From Leucoraja ocellata (Eukaryota): 64,000 nucleotides of DNA. The stretch covers positions 434,001-498,000 of the forward strand of contig JAWMAR010000801.1 in assembly GCA_036785375.1 (NCBI GenBank). Reading direction: 5' to 3'. Below, one piece after another: positions 27,101 through 42,100 of the stretch; within the stretch, counting starts at the first letter, position 1; the number at the start of each line of letters is the position of its first letter. The notes under the pieces are model-generated. The model saw nothing but the letters and a program-made list of their open reading frames with translations. It did no database searches and was not told the DNA's origin. Both the position numbers and the translations under genes were made by a program.

Positions 27101-30100
27101 CATGGAGATTACATGTACTCGCTGTTATGTGTGCCTTTCCTACAAGTGTCTGAAATATATTGTCACTAACCTGATGTAGTACTGGTAGTGGTCTCAGTTG
27201 TTGATGTAGTTGTTGGTGTTTCTAGTGAAAGAAAAGAATGCAATATTCAACCAAGACAGCAAGGTGGAATTGGTATACAGCTAACTATTGATAGTCAGGA
27301 AACAATCAGCAGGAATTCATATGCTGGCACACTTAATTAAAATGTTTATCAGATGGCATTTTGATTCTTCATTGAGTAAAATGGCAGGGCAAAATATACT
27401 TTTGATCAATCAGCGGCTGAATATTTCTGTGCCATCACAAATAATCCCGTTCTCTCTATACACCAGTTGCAGATTTCCTGGAAGATCAACCGTTTTCCAA
27501 TGACCGCAATGTCTACTTAATACCATAATTTTGAATAGTATGCAATGCGTGTACTATTGGTAAGCATGTCTGTTTATATGTCCCATTGATACATGATCCT
27601 CAACTTGCGTAAAATGTGTTCATTCGAATCATAGTTTTGTTTTTTTGCTACGGAATGTCCGAAGAAATTGAGAAGCAGAAAACACCAACTTATATCCTCC
27701 ACAAATCCGAACTATTTTGAAATTGTGCAATAATGTGGTCAAATTGTTATGAGCCAAACATTGACATCTTAACATGTATATTTGCACAATTTATGCCAAT
27801 AATGTAAGCAAATATGCAAGAAGTAAGTCACAAAGCTGATGTTAGCAATGTTGTCTCATTGTCTTTGATTTGCCAATGTTTATTGAAAGTGGGTTACACA
27901 AAAAAGCTGGAGAAACTCAGCGGGTGCAGCAGCATCTATGGAGCGAAGGAGATAGGCAACGTTTCGGGCCGAAACCCTATTAAAGAAAGTGGTTTGACTC
28001 ACCTGTTGTGGAACTGGAGGTGGACTCAGTTGTACCAGTTGTCAAAGATGTTGTTGGTGTTGTTCCTGGAGAGCAAATGGAAAAGCATTTACAAATTAAA
28101 TTGCAAGAGTCACCAATCAATTTCAGTACGACACTAGACATTTTGCTGAGACTGGGATGAATGTTATCAATGTTCATTGCTCATGCCTAAGCAAAGGACA
28201 TTTGGAAATGAACCAAATTTTGCTTCATCATTTATCAAATGGAACGAAATCATGAAAAGACATTGTGATTTCTTGGAGAAAGCTCTGAACTCCTTCGTTG
28301 ATCCATTTTGGAAAATCATGGAGCAGAAACAAAATTGTTTAATAACGTTTTCATGACCAAAAACTCCCAGAATAGTGGAAGAGGGGAAGGGAAGAAACTT
28401 TTCTACCAAAGTGAAAATCCTTGTCAATCAGCAGCTGAATATTTCAGGGCCATCACAAACAATTTCAATTTCTTAATGTACCAACTTCAGATTTTGTGGA
28501 AGCTCAGCAGGTATTCTAAGAACTACTGATCAGAAATTTAGAACATAAGGAGCGGTAAAGTGCCACAGCTGGTGCAACTCCTACCTCACAGCACCAGAGA
28601 CTTCAGATTGATTTGTTCCGTGGGTGTTGTGTGCATGGAGATTACATGTACTCCCTGTTATGTGTGCCTTTCCTACAATTATCTGAAATATATTGTCACT
28701 AACCTGATGTAGTACTGGTAGTGGTCTCAGTTGTTGATGTAGTTGTTGGTGTTACTACTGAAAGAAAATAATGCAATATTCAACCAAGACAGACAAGAGG
28801 TATTGATATACAGCTAACTGCTGGTAGTCAGGAAACCATCAGCAGGAATTCATATGCTAGCACCTTTATTAAAATGTTTAACAGAGAGCATTTTTTTCCT
28901 TCGTAGAAAAATTGGCCGGGCAAAATATACTTTTGATCAATCAGCTGCTGAATATTTCTGTGCCATAACAAATAAACCTTTTCTCTCTACACACCATTTG
29001 CGGATTTCCTGGTAGATCCACCGTCTACCAAAGACCGCAAGGTCTACTTAATAACATAATTTCTAATAGTATGGAATGTGTGCACTATGGGTAAGCATGT
29101 CTGTTTATATGTCCCATTGATACATGATCCTCAACTTGCGTAAAATGTGTTCATTATAATCATGGTTTTGTTTTTTGCTACGGAATGCCCAAAGAAAATG
29201 AGAAGCAGAAAACACCAACTCATTTCCTTTACAAATCCGGACTATATTGAAATTGTGTCATAATTTGGTCAAATTGTTATGAGCAAACATTGACATCTTA
29301 ACATGTATATTTGCACAATTTATGCCAATAATGTAAGCAAATATGCAAGAACTAAGTCACAAAGCTGATGTTAGCAATGTTGGCTCATTCTTTGATTTGC
29401 CAATGTTTATTGAAAGTGGTTTGACTCACCTGTTGTGGAACTGGAGGTGGACTCAGTTGTACCAGTTGTCAAAGATGTTGTTGGTGTTGTTCCTGGAGAG
29501 TAAATAGAAAAACATTTACAAATTGAATTGCAAAAGTCACCAATCAATTTCAATACGACACTGCACATTTTCCTGAGATTGGGCTGAATTTTAACAATGT
29601 TCATTGCTTGTGCCAAAGACAAAGACATTTAGAAGCAAATTTTGCTTCGTCATTTATCAATTGGACCGAAATTATGAAAAGACATTGTGATTTTTCAAGG
29701 AAAGTTCTAAACTCCTTCGTTGATCAATTTTGGAAAAATCAATGAGCAGAAACAAAACTGTTTCACAGCGTTGCCATGACCTAAGCCTCCCGGAATAGTG
29801 GAAGAGGTGAAGGGAAGAGACCTATTCTATAAAAGTAAAAATTCTTATCCATGTCCACTGAAAGGTGCCAGTCTCAATGCTCTTTTTTAAATTATTGCAG
29901 GCAATCAGCACCAAAAGGCCTCCTTAATTCAGTAGTTGAATCTACATTTTTGTGGTGAGAATCTACATTTTTGGAATAAAGCAATGATCAAATGTTCCTG
30001 AAGAGGGTGCTATATAGAGCTTCACAAAACAAAGCACAGAGTCCTAAAGGAAAAGCTAACAAGATTGATAGACGATGTTACTAACCTGATGTAGTGCTGG

Positions 30101-33100
30101 TGGTGATCTCAGTTGTTGGTGTCGTTTCTAGTGAAAGAAAAGAATGCTGTATTCAAGTGGACAGACAAGAGGAATTTGTACACAGTTCTTGAGCCATCAA
30201 CAGGAATTCATGAGCTGGCACATTTTATGAAAACGTTTTACAAGTTGTCATTTTCTTCATCAGTGTATAAAGCATGCGGCCATACTATACGGCTGCATTA
30301 CTATTTCCTTGTCAATCAGCAGCTGAATATTTCAGGGCCATCACAAATAATCCTGTTCTCTCTATACACCAGTTACAGATTTCCTGGAAGATCAACCGTT
30401 TTCCAATGACCGCAAGGTCTACTTAATACCATTATTTCTAAAACCGTTATTCGTTGATCCATTTTTGAAAAATCTTTGAGCTGAAACAAAACAGTTTAAC
30501 AGCGTTGCAATGACCAAAAACTCCCGGAATAGTGGAAGAGGCGAAGGGAAGAGACCTTATCTATAAAAGTGAAACTCCTTATCTATGTCTACTGAAAGGT
30601 GCCAGACTCAATGCTCTTTTTAAAATTTTTGTAGGCAATCAGCACTAAAAGGCCTCCTTAATTCGGTAGTTTAATCTATATTTTCGTGGTGAGAATCTAC
30701 ATTTTTGGAATAAAACAATGAACAAATATTCCTGAAGAGGGTGCTATATAGAGCTTCACTAAACAAAGCACAGAGTCCTAAAGGAAAAGCTAACAAGATT
30801 GATAGATGTTACTAACCTGATGTAGTGCTGGTTGTGGTCTCGGTTGTTGGTGTCGTTTCTAGTGAAAGAAAATAATGTTGTATTCAAGTGGGGCAGCCAA
30901 GAGTAAATAGTACGCAGTTATACAGCCATCAACAGGTATTCATGGGCTGGCACATTTTATTAAAACCTTTTATCAGTTGTCATTTTCTTCATCATTGAAT
31001 AAAACGGTTTAGAATCCTTCAACAAGAATTTAACAACTGGCACCTTTTAATAAAACATGTTACACTTGATATTTCCTCATCGTAGAAAAACGTAGGAGGA
31101 CATAATATGCTGCTAAATTTATTTATCTCTGTCAATTAGCATATTAATATTTCCCTGCCATCTCGAACAATCACGACACATCGATTGCGGATATCCCTGC
31201 GTATCGAAACACGTCTTCCATACAGTGTATGGTCTTCTTTACGCCATTATTACTAGCAGTACAGTTTCACGATTCATGCCCATAATGTGAGCGAAGATAA
31301 AAGAATGGAGCCACAGTGCTGATGTTAGAAATGTTGCCCCATTGTCTAAAGATTAGCCAATGTTTACTAAAAGTGGTTTGACTCACCTGTTGTGGAACTG
31401 GTGATGGACTCAGTTGAGCCAGTTGTCAAAGATGTTGTTGGTGTTGTTCCTGGAGAGCAAATAGAAAAAAAAATTACAGATTGAATTGCAAGAGTCAGCA
31501 ATCAATTTCAGTAGGACTCTGCACATTTCCCTGAGACTGGGATGAATGTTATCAATGTTCATTGCTCATGCCTAAGCAAAGGACATTTAGAAATGAACCA
31601 AATTTTGCTTCATCATTTATCAAATGGAACGAAATCATGAAAAGACATTGTGATTTCTTGGAGAAAGTTCTGAACTCCTTCGTTGATCCATTTTGGAAAA
31701 CATGGAGCAGAAACAAAATTGTATAATAACGTTTTCATGACCAAAAACTCCCAGAATAGTGGAAGAGGGGAAGGGAAGAAACTTTTCTACCAAAGTGAAA
31801 ATCCTTGTCAATCAGCAGCTGAATATTTCAGGGCCATCACAAACAATTTCAATTTCTTAATGTACCAACTTCAGATTTTGTGGAAGCTCAGCAAGTATTC
31901 TAAGAACTACTGATCAGAAATTTAGAACATAAGGAGCGGTAAAGTGCCACAGCTGGGGCAACTCCTACCTCACAGCACCAGAGACTTCAGATTGATTTGT
32001 TCCGTGGGTGTTGTGTCCATGGAGATTACATGTACTCGCTGTTATGTGTGCCTTTCCTACAAGTGTCTGAAATATATTGTCACTAACCTGATGTAGTACT
32101 GATAGTGGTCTCAGTTGTTGATGTAGTTGTTGGTGTTTCTAGTGAAAGAAAAGAATGCAATATTCAACCAAGACAGCAAGGTGGAATTGGTATACAGCTA
32201 ACTATTGATAGTCAGGAAACAATCAGCAGGAATTCATATGCTGGCACACTTAATTAAAATGTTTATCAGATGGCATTTTGATTCTTCATTGAATAAAATG
32301 GCAGGGCAAAATATACTTTTGATCAATCAGCGGCTGAATATTTCTGTGCCATCACAAATAATCCCGTTCTCTCTATACACCAGTTGCAGATTTCCTGGAA
32401 GATCAACCGTTTTCCAATGACCGCAATGTCTACTTAATACCATAATTTTGAATAGTATGCAATGCGTGTACTATTGGTAAGCATGTCTGTTTATATGTCC
32501 CATTGATACATGATCCTCAACTTGCGTAAAATGTGTTCATTCGAATCATAGTTTTGTTTTTTTGCTACGGAATGTCCGAAGAAATTGAGAAGCAGAAAAC
32601 ACCAACTTATATCCTCCACAAATCCGAACTATTTTGAAATTGTGCAATAATGTGGTCAAATTGTTATGAGCCAAACATTGACATCTTAACATGTATATTT
32701 GCACAATTTATGCCAATAATGTAAGCAAATATGCAAGAAGTAAGTCACAAAGCTGATGTTAGCAATGTTGGCTCATTGTCTTTGATTTGCCAATGTTTAT
32801 TGAAAGTGGTTTGACTCACCTGTTGTGGAACTGGAGGTGGACTCAGTTGTACCAGTTGTCAAAGATGTTGTTGGTGTTGTTCCTGGAGAGCAAATAGAAA
32901 AGCATTTACAAATTAAATTGCAAGAGTCACCAATCAATTTCAGTACGACACTAGACATTTTGCTGAGACTGGGCTGAATTTTAACAATGTTCATTGCTCA
33001 TGCCTAAGCAAAGGACATTTAGAAATGAACCAAATTTTGCTTCATCATTTATCAAATGGAACGAAATCATGAAAAGACATTGTGATTTCTTGGAGAAAGC

Positions 33101-36100
33101 TCTGAACTCCTTCGTTGATCCATTTTGGAAAATCATGGAGCAGAAACAAAATTGTTTAATAACGTTTTCATGACCAAAAACTCCCAGAATAGTGGAAGAG
33201 GGGAAGGGAAGAAACTTTTCTACCAAAGTCAAAATCCTGTTCAATCAGCAGCTGAATATTTCAGGGCCATCACAAACAATTTCAATTTCTTAATGTACCA
33301 ACTTCAGATTTTGTGGAAGCTCAGCAGGTATTCTAAGAACTACTGATCAGAAATTTAGAACATAAGGAGCGGTAAAGTGCCACAGCTGGTGCAACTCCTA
33401 CCTCACAGCACCAGAGACTTCAGATTGATTTGTTCCGTGGGTATTGTGTGCATGGAGATTACTTGTACTCCCTGTTATGTGTGCCTTTCCTACAAGTGTC
33501 TGAAATATATTGTCACTAACCTGATGTAGTACTGGTAGTGTTCTCAGTTGTTGATGTAGTTGTTGGTGTTACTACTGAAAGAAAATAATGCAATATTCAA
33601 CCAAGACAGACAAGAGGTATTGATATACAGCTAACTGCTGGTAGTCAGGAAACCATCAGCAGGAATTCATATGCTAGCACCTTTATTAATATGTTTAACA
33701 GAGAGCATTTTTTTCCTTCGTAGAAAAATTGGCCGGGCATAATATACTTTTGATCAATCAGCTGCTGAATATTTCTGTGCCATAACAAATAAACCTGTTC
33801 TCTCTACACACCATTTGCGGATTTCCTGGTAGATCCACCGTCTACCAAAGACCGCAAGGTCTACTTAATAACATAATTTCTAATAGTATGGAATGTGTGC
33901 ACTATGGGTAAGCATGTCTGTTCATGTGTCCCATTGATACATGATCCTCAACTTGCGTAAAATGTGTTCATTATAATCATGGTTTTGATTTTTGCTACGG
34001 AATGCCCAAAGAAAATGAGAAGCAGAAAACACCAACTCATTTCCTTCACAAATCCGGACTATATTGAAATTGTGTCATAATTTGGTCAAATTGTTATGAG
34101 CAAATATTGACATCTTAACATGTATATTTGCACAATTTATGCCAATAATGTAAGCAAATATGCAAGAACTAAGTCACAAAGCTGATGTTAGCAATGTTGG
34201 CTCATTGTCTTTGATTTGCCAATGTTTATTGAAAGTGGTTTGACTCACCTGTTGTGGAACTGGAGGTGGACTCAGTTGTACCAGTTGTCAAAGATGTTGT
34301 TGGTGTTGTTCCTGGAGAGCAAATAGAAAAGCATTTACAAATTAAATTGCAAGAGTCACCAATCAATTTCAGTACGACACTAGACATTTTGCTGAGACTG
34401 GGCTGAATTTTAACAATGTTCATTGCTCATGCCTAAGCAAAGGACATTTAGAAATGAACCAAATTTTGCTTCATCATTTATCAAATGGAACGAAATCATG
34501 AAAAGACATTGTGATTTCTTGGAGAAAGCTCTGAACTCCTTTGTTGATCCATTTTGGAAAATCATGGAGCAGAAACAAAATTGTTTAATAACGTTTTCAT
34601 GACCAAAAACTCCCAGAATAGTGGAAGAGGGGAAGGGAAGAAACTTTTCTACCAAAGTGAAAATCCTTGTCAATCAGCAGCTGAATATTTCAGGGCCATC
34701 ACAAACAATTTCAATTTCTTAATGTACCAACTTCAGATTTTGTGGAAGCTCAGCAGGTATTCTAAGAACTACTGATCAGAAATTTAGAACATAAGGAGCG
34801 GTAAAGTGCCACAGCTGGTGCAACTCCTACCTCACAGCACCAGAGACTTCAGATTGATTTGTTCCGTGGGTATTGTGTGCATGGAGATTACATGTACTCC
34901 CTGTTATGTGTGCCTTTCCTACAAGTGTCTGAAATATATTGTCACTAACCTGATGTAGTACTGGTAGTGTTCTCAGTTGTTGATGTAGTTGTTGGTGTTA
35001 CTACTGAAAGAAAATAATGCAATATTCAACCAAGACAGACAAGAGGTATTGATATACAGCTAACTGCTGGTAGTCAGGAAACCATCAGCAGGAATTCATA
35101 TGCTAGCACCTTTATTAATATGTTTAACAGAGAGCATTTTTTTCCTTCGTAGAAAAATTGGCCGGGCATAATATACTTTTGATCAATCAGCTGCTGAATA
35201 TTTCTGTGCCATAACAAATAAACCTGTTCTCTCTACACACCATTTGCGGATTTCCTGGTAGATCCACCGTCTACCAAAGACCGCAAGGTCTACTTAATAA
35301 CATAATTTCTAATAGTATGGAATGTGTGCACTATGGGTAAGCATGTCTGTTCATATGTCCCATTGATACATGATCCTCAACTTGCGTAAAATGTGTTCAT
35401 TATAATCATGGTTTTGATTTTTGCTACGGAATGCCCAAAGAAAATGAGAAGCAGAAAACACCAACTCATTTCCTTCACAAATCCGGACTATATTGAAATT
35501 GTGTCATAATTTGGTCAAATTGTTATGAGCAAATATTGACATCTTAACATGTATATTTGCACAATTTATGCCAATAATGTAAGCAAATATGCAAGAACTA
35601 AGTCACAAAGCTGATGTTAGCAATGTTGGCTCATTGTCTTTGATTTGCCAATGTTTATTGAAAGTGGTTTGACTCACCTGTTGTGGAACTGGAGGTGGAC
35701 TCAGTTGTACCAGTTGTCAAAGATGTTGTTGGTGTTGTTCCTGGAGAGCAAATAGAAAAGCATTTACAAATTAAATTGCAAGAGTCACCAATCACTTTCA
35801 GTACGACACTAGACATTTTGCTGAGACTGGGCTGAATTTTAACAATGTTCATTGCTCATGCCTAAGCAAAGGACATTTAGAAATGAACCAAATTTTGCTT
35901 CATCATTTATCAAATGGAACAAAATCATGAAAAGACATTGTGATTTCTTGGAGAAAGCTCTGAACTCCTTCGTTGATCCATTTTGGAAAATCATGGAGCA
36001 GAAACAAAATTGTTTAATAACGTTTTCATGACCAAAAACTCCCAGAATAGTGGAAGAGGGGAAGGGAAGAAACTTTTCTACCAAAGTGAAAATCCTTGTC

Positions 36101-39100
36101 AATCAGCAGCTGAATATTTCAGGGCCATCACAAACAATTTCAATTTCTTAATGTACCAACTTCAGATTTTGTGGAAGCTCAGCAGGTATTCTAAGAACTA
36201 CTGATCAGAAATTTAGAACATAAGGAGCGGTAAAGTGCCACAGCTGGTGCAACTCCTACCTCACAGCACCAGAGACTTCAGATTGATTTGTTCCGTGGGT
36301 ATTGTGTGCATGGAGATTACATGTACTCCCTGTTATGTGTGCCTTTCCTACAAGTGTCTGAAATATATTGTCACTAACCTGATGTAGTACTGGTAGTGTT
36401 CTCAGTTGTTGATGTAGTTGTTGGTGTTACTACTGAAAGAAAATAATGCAATATTCAACCAAGACAGACAAGAGGTATTGATATACAGCTAACTGCTGGT
36501 AGTCAGGAAACCATCAGCAGGAATTCATATGCTAGCACCTTTATTAATATGTTTAACAGAGAGCATTTTTTTCCTTCGTAGAAAAATTGGCCGGGCATAA
36601 TATACTTTTGATCAATCAGCTGCTGAATATTTCTGTGCCATAACAAATAAACCTGTTCTCTCTACACACCATTTGCGGATTTCCTGGTAGATCCACCGTC
36701 TACCAAAGACCGCAAGGTCTACTTAATAACATAATTTCTAATAGTATGGAATGTGTGCACTATGGGTAAGCATGTCTGTTCATATGTCCCATTGATACAT
36801 GATCCTCAACTTGCGTAAAATGTGTTCATTATAATCATGGTTTTGTTTTTTGCTACGGAATGCCCAAAGAAAATGAGAAGCAGAAAACACCAACTCATTT
36901 CCTTCACAAATCCGGACTATATTGAAATTGTGTCATAATTTGGTCAAATTGTTATGAGCAAATATTGACATCTTAACATGTATATTTGCACAATTTATGC
37001 CAATAATGTAAGCAAATATGCAAGAACTAAGTCACAAAGCTGATGTTAGCAATGTTGGCTCATTGTCTTTGATTTGCCAATGTTTATTGAAAGTGGTTTG
37101 ACTCACCTGTTGTGGAACTGGAGGTGGACTCAGTTGTACCAGTTGTCAAAGATGTTGTTGGTGTTGTTCCTGGAGAGTAAATAGAAAAACATTTACAAGT
37201 TGAATTGCAAAAGTCACCAATCAATTTCAATACGACACTGGACATTTTCCTGAGATTGGGCAGAATTTTAACAATGTTCATTGCTTGTGCCAAAGACAAA
37301 GACATTTAGAAGCAAATTTTGCTTCGTCATTTATCAATTGGACCGAAATTATGAAAAGACATTGTGATTTTTCAAGGAAAGTTCTAAACTCCTTCGTTGA
37401 TCAATTTTGGAAAAATCAATGAGCAGAAACAAAACTGTTTCACAGCGTTGCCATGACCTAAGCCTCCCGGAATAGTGGAAGAGGTGAAGGGAAGAGACCT
37501 ATTCCATAAAAGTAAAAAATCTTATCCATGTCCACTGAAAGGTGCCAATCTCAATGCTCTTTTTTAAAATTATTGCAGGCAATCAGCACCAAAAGGCCTC
37601 CTTAATTCAGTAGTTGAATCTACATTTTTGTGGTGAGAATCTAAATTTTTGGAATAAAGCAATGATCAAATGTTCCTGAAGAGGGTGCTATATAGAGCTT
37701 CACAAAACAAAGCACAGAGTCCTAAAGGAAAAGCTAACAAGATTGATAGACAATGTTACTAACCTGATGTAGTGCTGGTGGTGATCTCAGTTGTTGGTGT
37801 CGTTTCTAGTGAAAGAAAAGAATGCTGTATTCAAGTGGACAGACAAGAGGAATTTGTACACAGTTCTTGAGCCATCAACAGGAATTCATGAGCTGGCACA
37901 TTTTATGAAAACGTTTTACAAGTTGTCATTTTCTTCATCAGTGTATAAAGCATGCGGCCATACTATACGGCTGCATTACTATTTCCTTGTCAATCAGCAG
38001 CTGAATAGTTCAGGGCCATCACAAATAATCCTGTTCTCTCTATACACCAGTTACAGATTTCCTGGAAGATCAACCGTTTTCCAATGACCGCAAGGTCTAC
38101 TTAATACCATTATTTCTAATACCGTTGTTTGTTGATCCATTTTTGAAAAATCTTTGAGCTGAAACAAAACAGTTTAACAGCGTTGCAATGACCAAAAACT
38201 CCCGGAATAGTGGAAGAGGCGAAGGGAAGAGACCTTATCTATAAAAGTGAAACTCCTTATCTATGTCTACTGAAAGGTGCCAGACTCAATGCTCTTTTTA
38301 AAATTTTTGTAGGCAATCAGCACTAAAAGGCCTCCTTAATTCGGTAGTTTAATCTATATTTTCGTGGTGAGAATCTACATTTTTGGAATAAAACAATGAA
38401 CAAATATTCCTGAAGAGGGTGCTATATAGAGCTTCACTAAACAAAGCACAGAGTCCTAAAGGAAAAGCTAACAAGATTGATAGATGTTACTAACCTGATG
38501 TAGTGCTGGTTGTGGTCTCGGTTGTTGGTGTCGTTTCTAGTGAAAGAAAATAATGTTGTATTCAAGTGGGGCAGCCAAGAGTAAATTGTACGTAGTTATA
38601 CAGCCATCAACAGGTATTCATGGGCTGGCACATTTTATTAAAACCTTTTATCAGTTGTCATTTTCTTCATCATTGAATAAAACGTTTGCCATACTATACG
38701 TCTGAATTACTTTTTCCTTGTCTTTCAGAAATTGCAGCTGATCAGGCGTTTAGAAAGATTGAGTTGGCACAGATGTGCAGCTGGAAGAACTGCAGCCTCA
38801 TGGTGTTAGGAGTTTGTATTCTATCCTGACCTCGGGTGCTGTCTAGGCTGGGATTGCACGTTCTCCCTTTCACTGCCTGTGATCCCCCCAAGTTTTTAAC
38901 AGAGGATGATACTGACCTGATGTAGTGGTTGTCCCAGATGTTGATGGAGTTATTTCTAGTGAAATAAAAAAATGTTATGTTCCACCGAGACAAACAAGAG
39001 GAATTGTTATGCAGTTTAGAATCCTTCAACAAGAATTTATCAACTGCTACCTTTTAATAAAACATGTTACACTTGATATTTCCTTCATCGTAGAAAAACG

Positions 39101-42100
39101 TAGGAGGACATAGTATGCTGCTAAATTTATTTATCTGTCAATTAGCATATTAATATTTCCCTGCCATCTCGAACAATCACGACACATCGATTGTGGATAT
39201 CCCTGTGTATCGAAACACGTCTTCCATACACTGTATGGTCTTCTTTACGCCATTATTACTAGCAGTATAGTTGCACGATTCATGCCCATAATGTGAGCGA
39301 AGATAAAAGAATGGAGCCACAGTGCTGATGTTAGAAATGTTGCCGCATTGTCTAAAGATTAGCCAATGTTTACTAAAAGTGGTTTGACTCACCTGTTGTG
39401 GAACTGGTGGTGGACTCAGTTGAGCCAGTTGTCAAAGATGTTGTTGGTGTTGTTCCTGGAGAGCAAATAGAAAAGAAATTACAGATTGAATTGCAAGAGT
39501 CAGCAATCAATTTCAGTAGGAGTCTGCACATTTTCCTGAGACTGGGATGAATGTTATCAATGTTCATTGCTCATGCCTAAGCAAAGGACATTTAGAAATG
39601 AACCAAATTTTGCTTCATCATTTATCAAATGGAACGAAATCATGAAAAGACATTGTGATTTCTTGGAGAAAGTTCTGAACTCCTTCGTTGATCCATTTTG
39701 GAAAACATGGAGCAGAAACAAAATTGTATAATAACGTTTTCATGACCAAAAACTCCCAGAATAGTGGAAGAGGGGAAGGGAAGAAACTTTTCTACCAAAG
39801 TGAAAATCCTTGTCAATCAGCAGCTGAATATTTCAGGGCCATCACAAACAATTTCAATTTCTTAATGTACCAACTTCAGATTTTGTGGAAGCTCAGCAAG
39901 TATTCTAAGAACTACTGATCAGAAATTTAGAACATAAGGAGCGGTAAAGTGCCACAGCTGGGGCAACTCCTACCTCACAGCACCAGAGACTTCAGATTGA
40001 TTTGTTCCGTGGGTGTTGTGTCCATGGAGATTACATGTACTCGCTGTTATGTGTGCCTTTCCTACAAGTGTCTGAAATATATTGTCACTAACCTGATGTA
40101 GTACTGGTAGTGGTCTCAGTTGTTGATGTAGTTGTTGGTGTTTCTAGTGAAAGAAAAGAATGCAATATTCAACCAAGACAGCAAGGTGGAATTGGTATAC
40201 AGCTAACTATTGATAGTCAGGAAACAATCAGCAGGAATTCATATGCTGGCACACTTAATTAAAATGTTTATCAGATGGCATTTTGATTCTTCATTGAATA
40301 AAATGGCAGGGCAAAATATACTTTTGATCAATCAGCGGCTGAATATTTCTGTGCCATCACAAATAATCCCGTTCTCTCTATACACCAGTTGCAGATTTCC
40401 TGGAAGATCAACCGTTTTCCAATGACCGCAATGTCTACTTAATACCATAATTTTGAATAGTATGCAATGCGTGTACTATTGGTAAGCATGTCTGTTTATA
40501 TGTCCCATTGATACATGATCCTCAACTTGCGTAAAATGTGTTCATTCGAATCATAGTTTTGTTTTTTTGCTACGGAATGTCCGAAGAAATTGAGAAGCAG
40601 AAAACACCAACTTATATCCTCCACAAATCCGAACTATTTTGAAATTGTGCAATAATGTGGTCAAATTGTTATGAGCCAAACATTGACATCTTAACATGTA
40701 TATTTGCACAATTTATGCCAATAATGTAAGCAAATATGCAAGAAGTAAGTCACAAAGCTGATGTTAGCAATGTTGGCTCATTGTCTTTGATTTGCCAATG
40801 TTTATTGAAAGTGGTTTGACTCACCTGTTGTGGAACTGGAGGTGGACTCAGTTGTACCAGTTGTCAAAGATGTTGTTGGTGTTGTTCCTGGAGAGCAAAT
40901 AGAAAAGCATTTACAAATTAAATTGCAAGAGTCACCAATCAATTTCAGTACGACACTAGACATTTTGCTGAGACTGGGCTGAATTTTAACAATGTTCATT
41001 GCTCATGCCTAAGCAAAGGACATTTAGAAATGAACCAAATTTTGCTTCATCATTTATCAAATGGAACAAAATCATGAAAAGACATTGTGATTTCTTGGAG
41101 AAAGCTCTGAACTCCTTCGTTGATCCATTTTGGAAAATCATGGAGCAGAAACAAAATTGTTTAATAACGTTTTCATGACCAAAAACTCCCAGAATAGTGG
41201 AAGAGGGGAAGGGAAGAAACTTTTCTACCAAAGTGAAAATCCTTGTCAATCAGCAGCTGAATATTTCAGGGCCATCACAAACAATTTCAATTTCTTAATG
41301 TACCAACTTCAGATTTTGTGGAAGCTCAGCAGGTATTCTAAGAACTACTGATCAGAAATTTAGAACATAAGGAGCGGTAAAGTGCCACAGCTGGTGCAAC
41401 TCCTACCTCACAGCACCAGAGACTTCAGATTGATTTGTTCCGTGGGTATTGTGTGCATGGAGATTACATGTACTCCCTGTTATGTGTGCCTTTCCTACAA
41501 GTGTCTGAAATATATTGTCACTAACCTGATGTAGTACTGGTAGTGTTCTCAGTTGTTGATGTAGTTGTTGGTGTTACTACTGAAAGAAAATAATGCAATA
41601 TTCAACCAAGACAGACAAGAGGTATTGATATACAGCTAACTGCTGGTAGTCAGGAAACCATCAGCAGGAATTCATATGCTAGCACCTTTATTAAAATGTT
41701 TAACAGAGAGCATTTTTTTCCTTCGTAGAAAAATTGGCCGGGCATAATATACTTTTGATCAATCAGCTGCTGAATATTTCTGTGCCATAACAAATAAACC
41801 TGTTCTCTCTACACACCATTTGCGGATTTCCTGGTAGATCCACCGTCTACCAAAGACCGCAAGGTCTACTTAATAACATAATTTCTAATAGTATGGAATG
41901 TGTGCACTATGGGTAAGCATGTCTGTTCATATGTCCCATTGATACATAATCCTCAACTTGCGTAAAATGTGTTCATTATAATCATGGTTTTGATTTTTGC
42001 TACGGAATGCCCAAAGAAAATAAGAAGCAGAAAACACCAACTCATTTCCTTCACAAATCCGGACTATATTGAAATTGTGTCATAATTTGGTCAAATTGTT

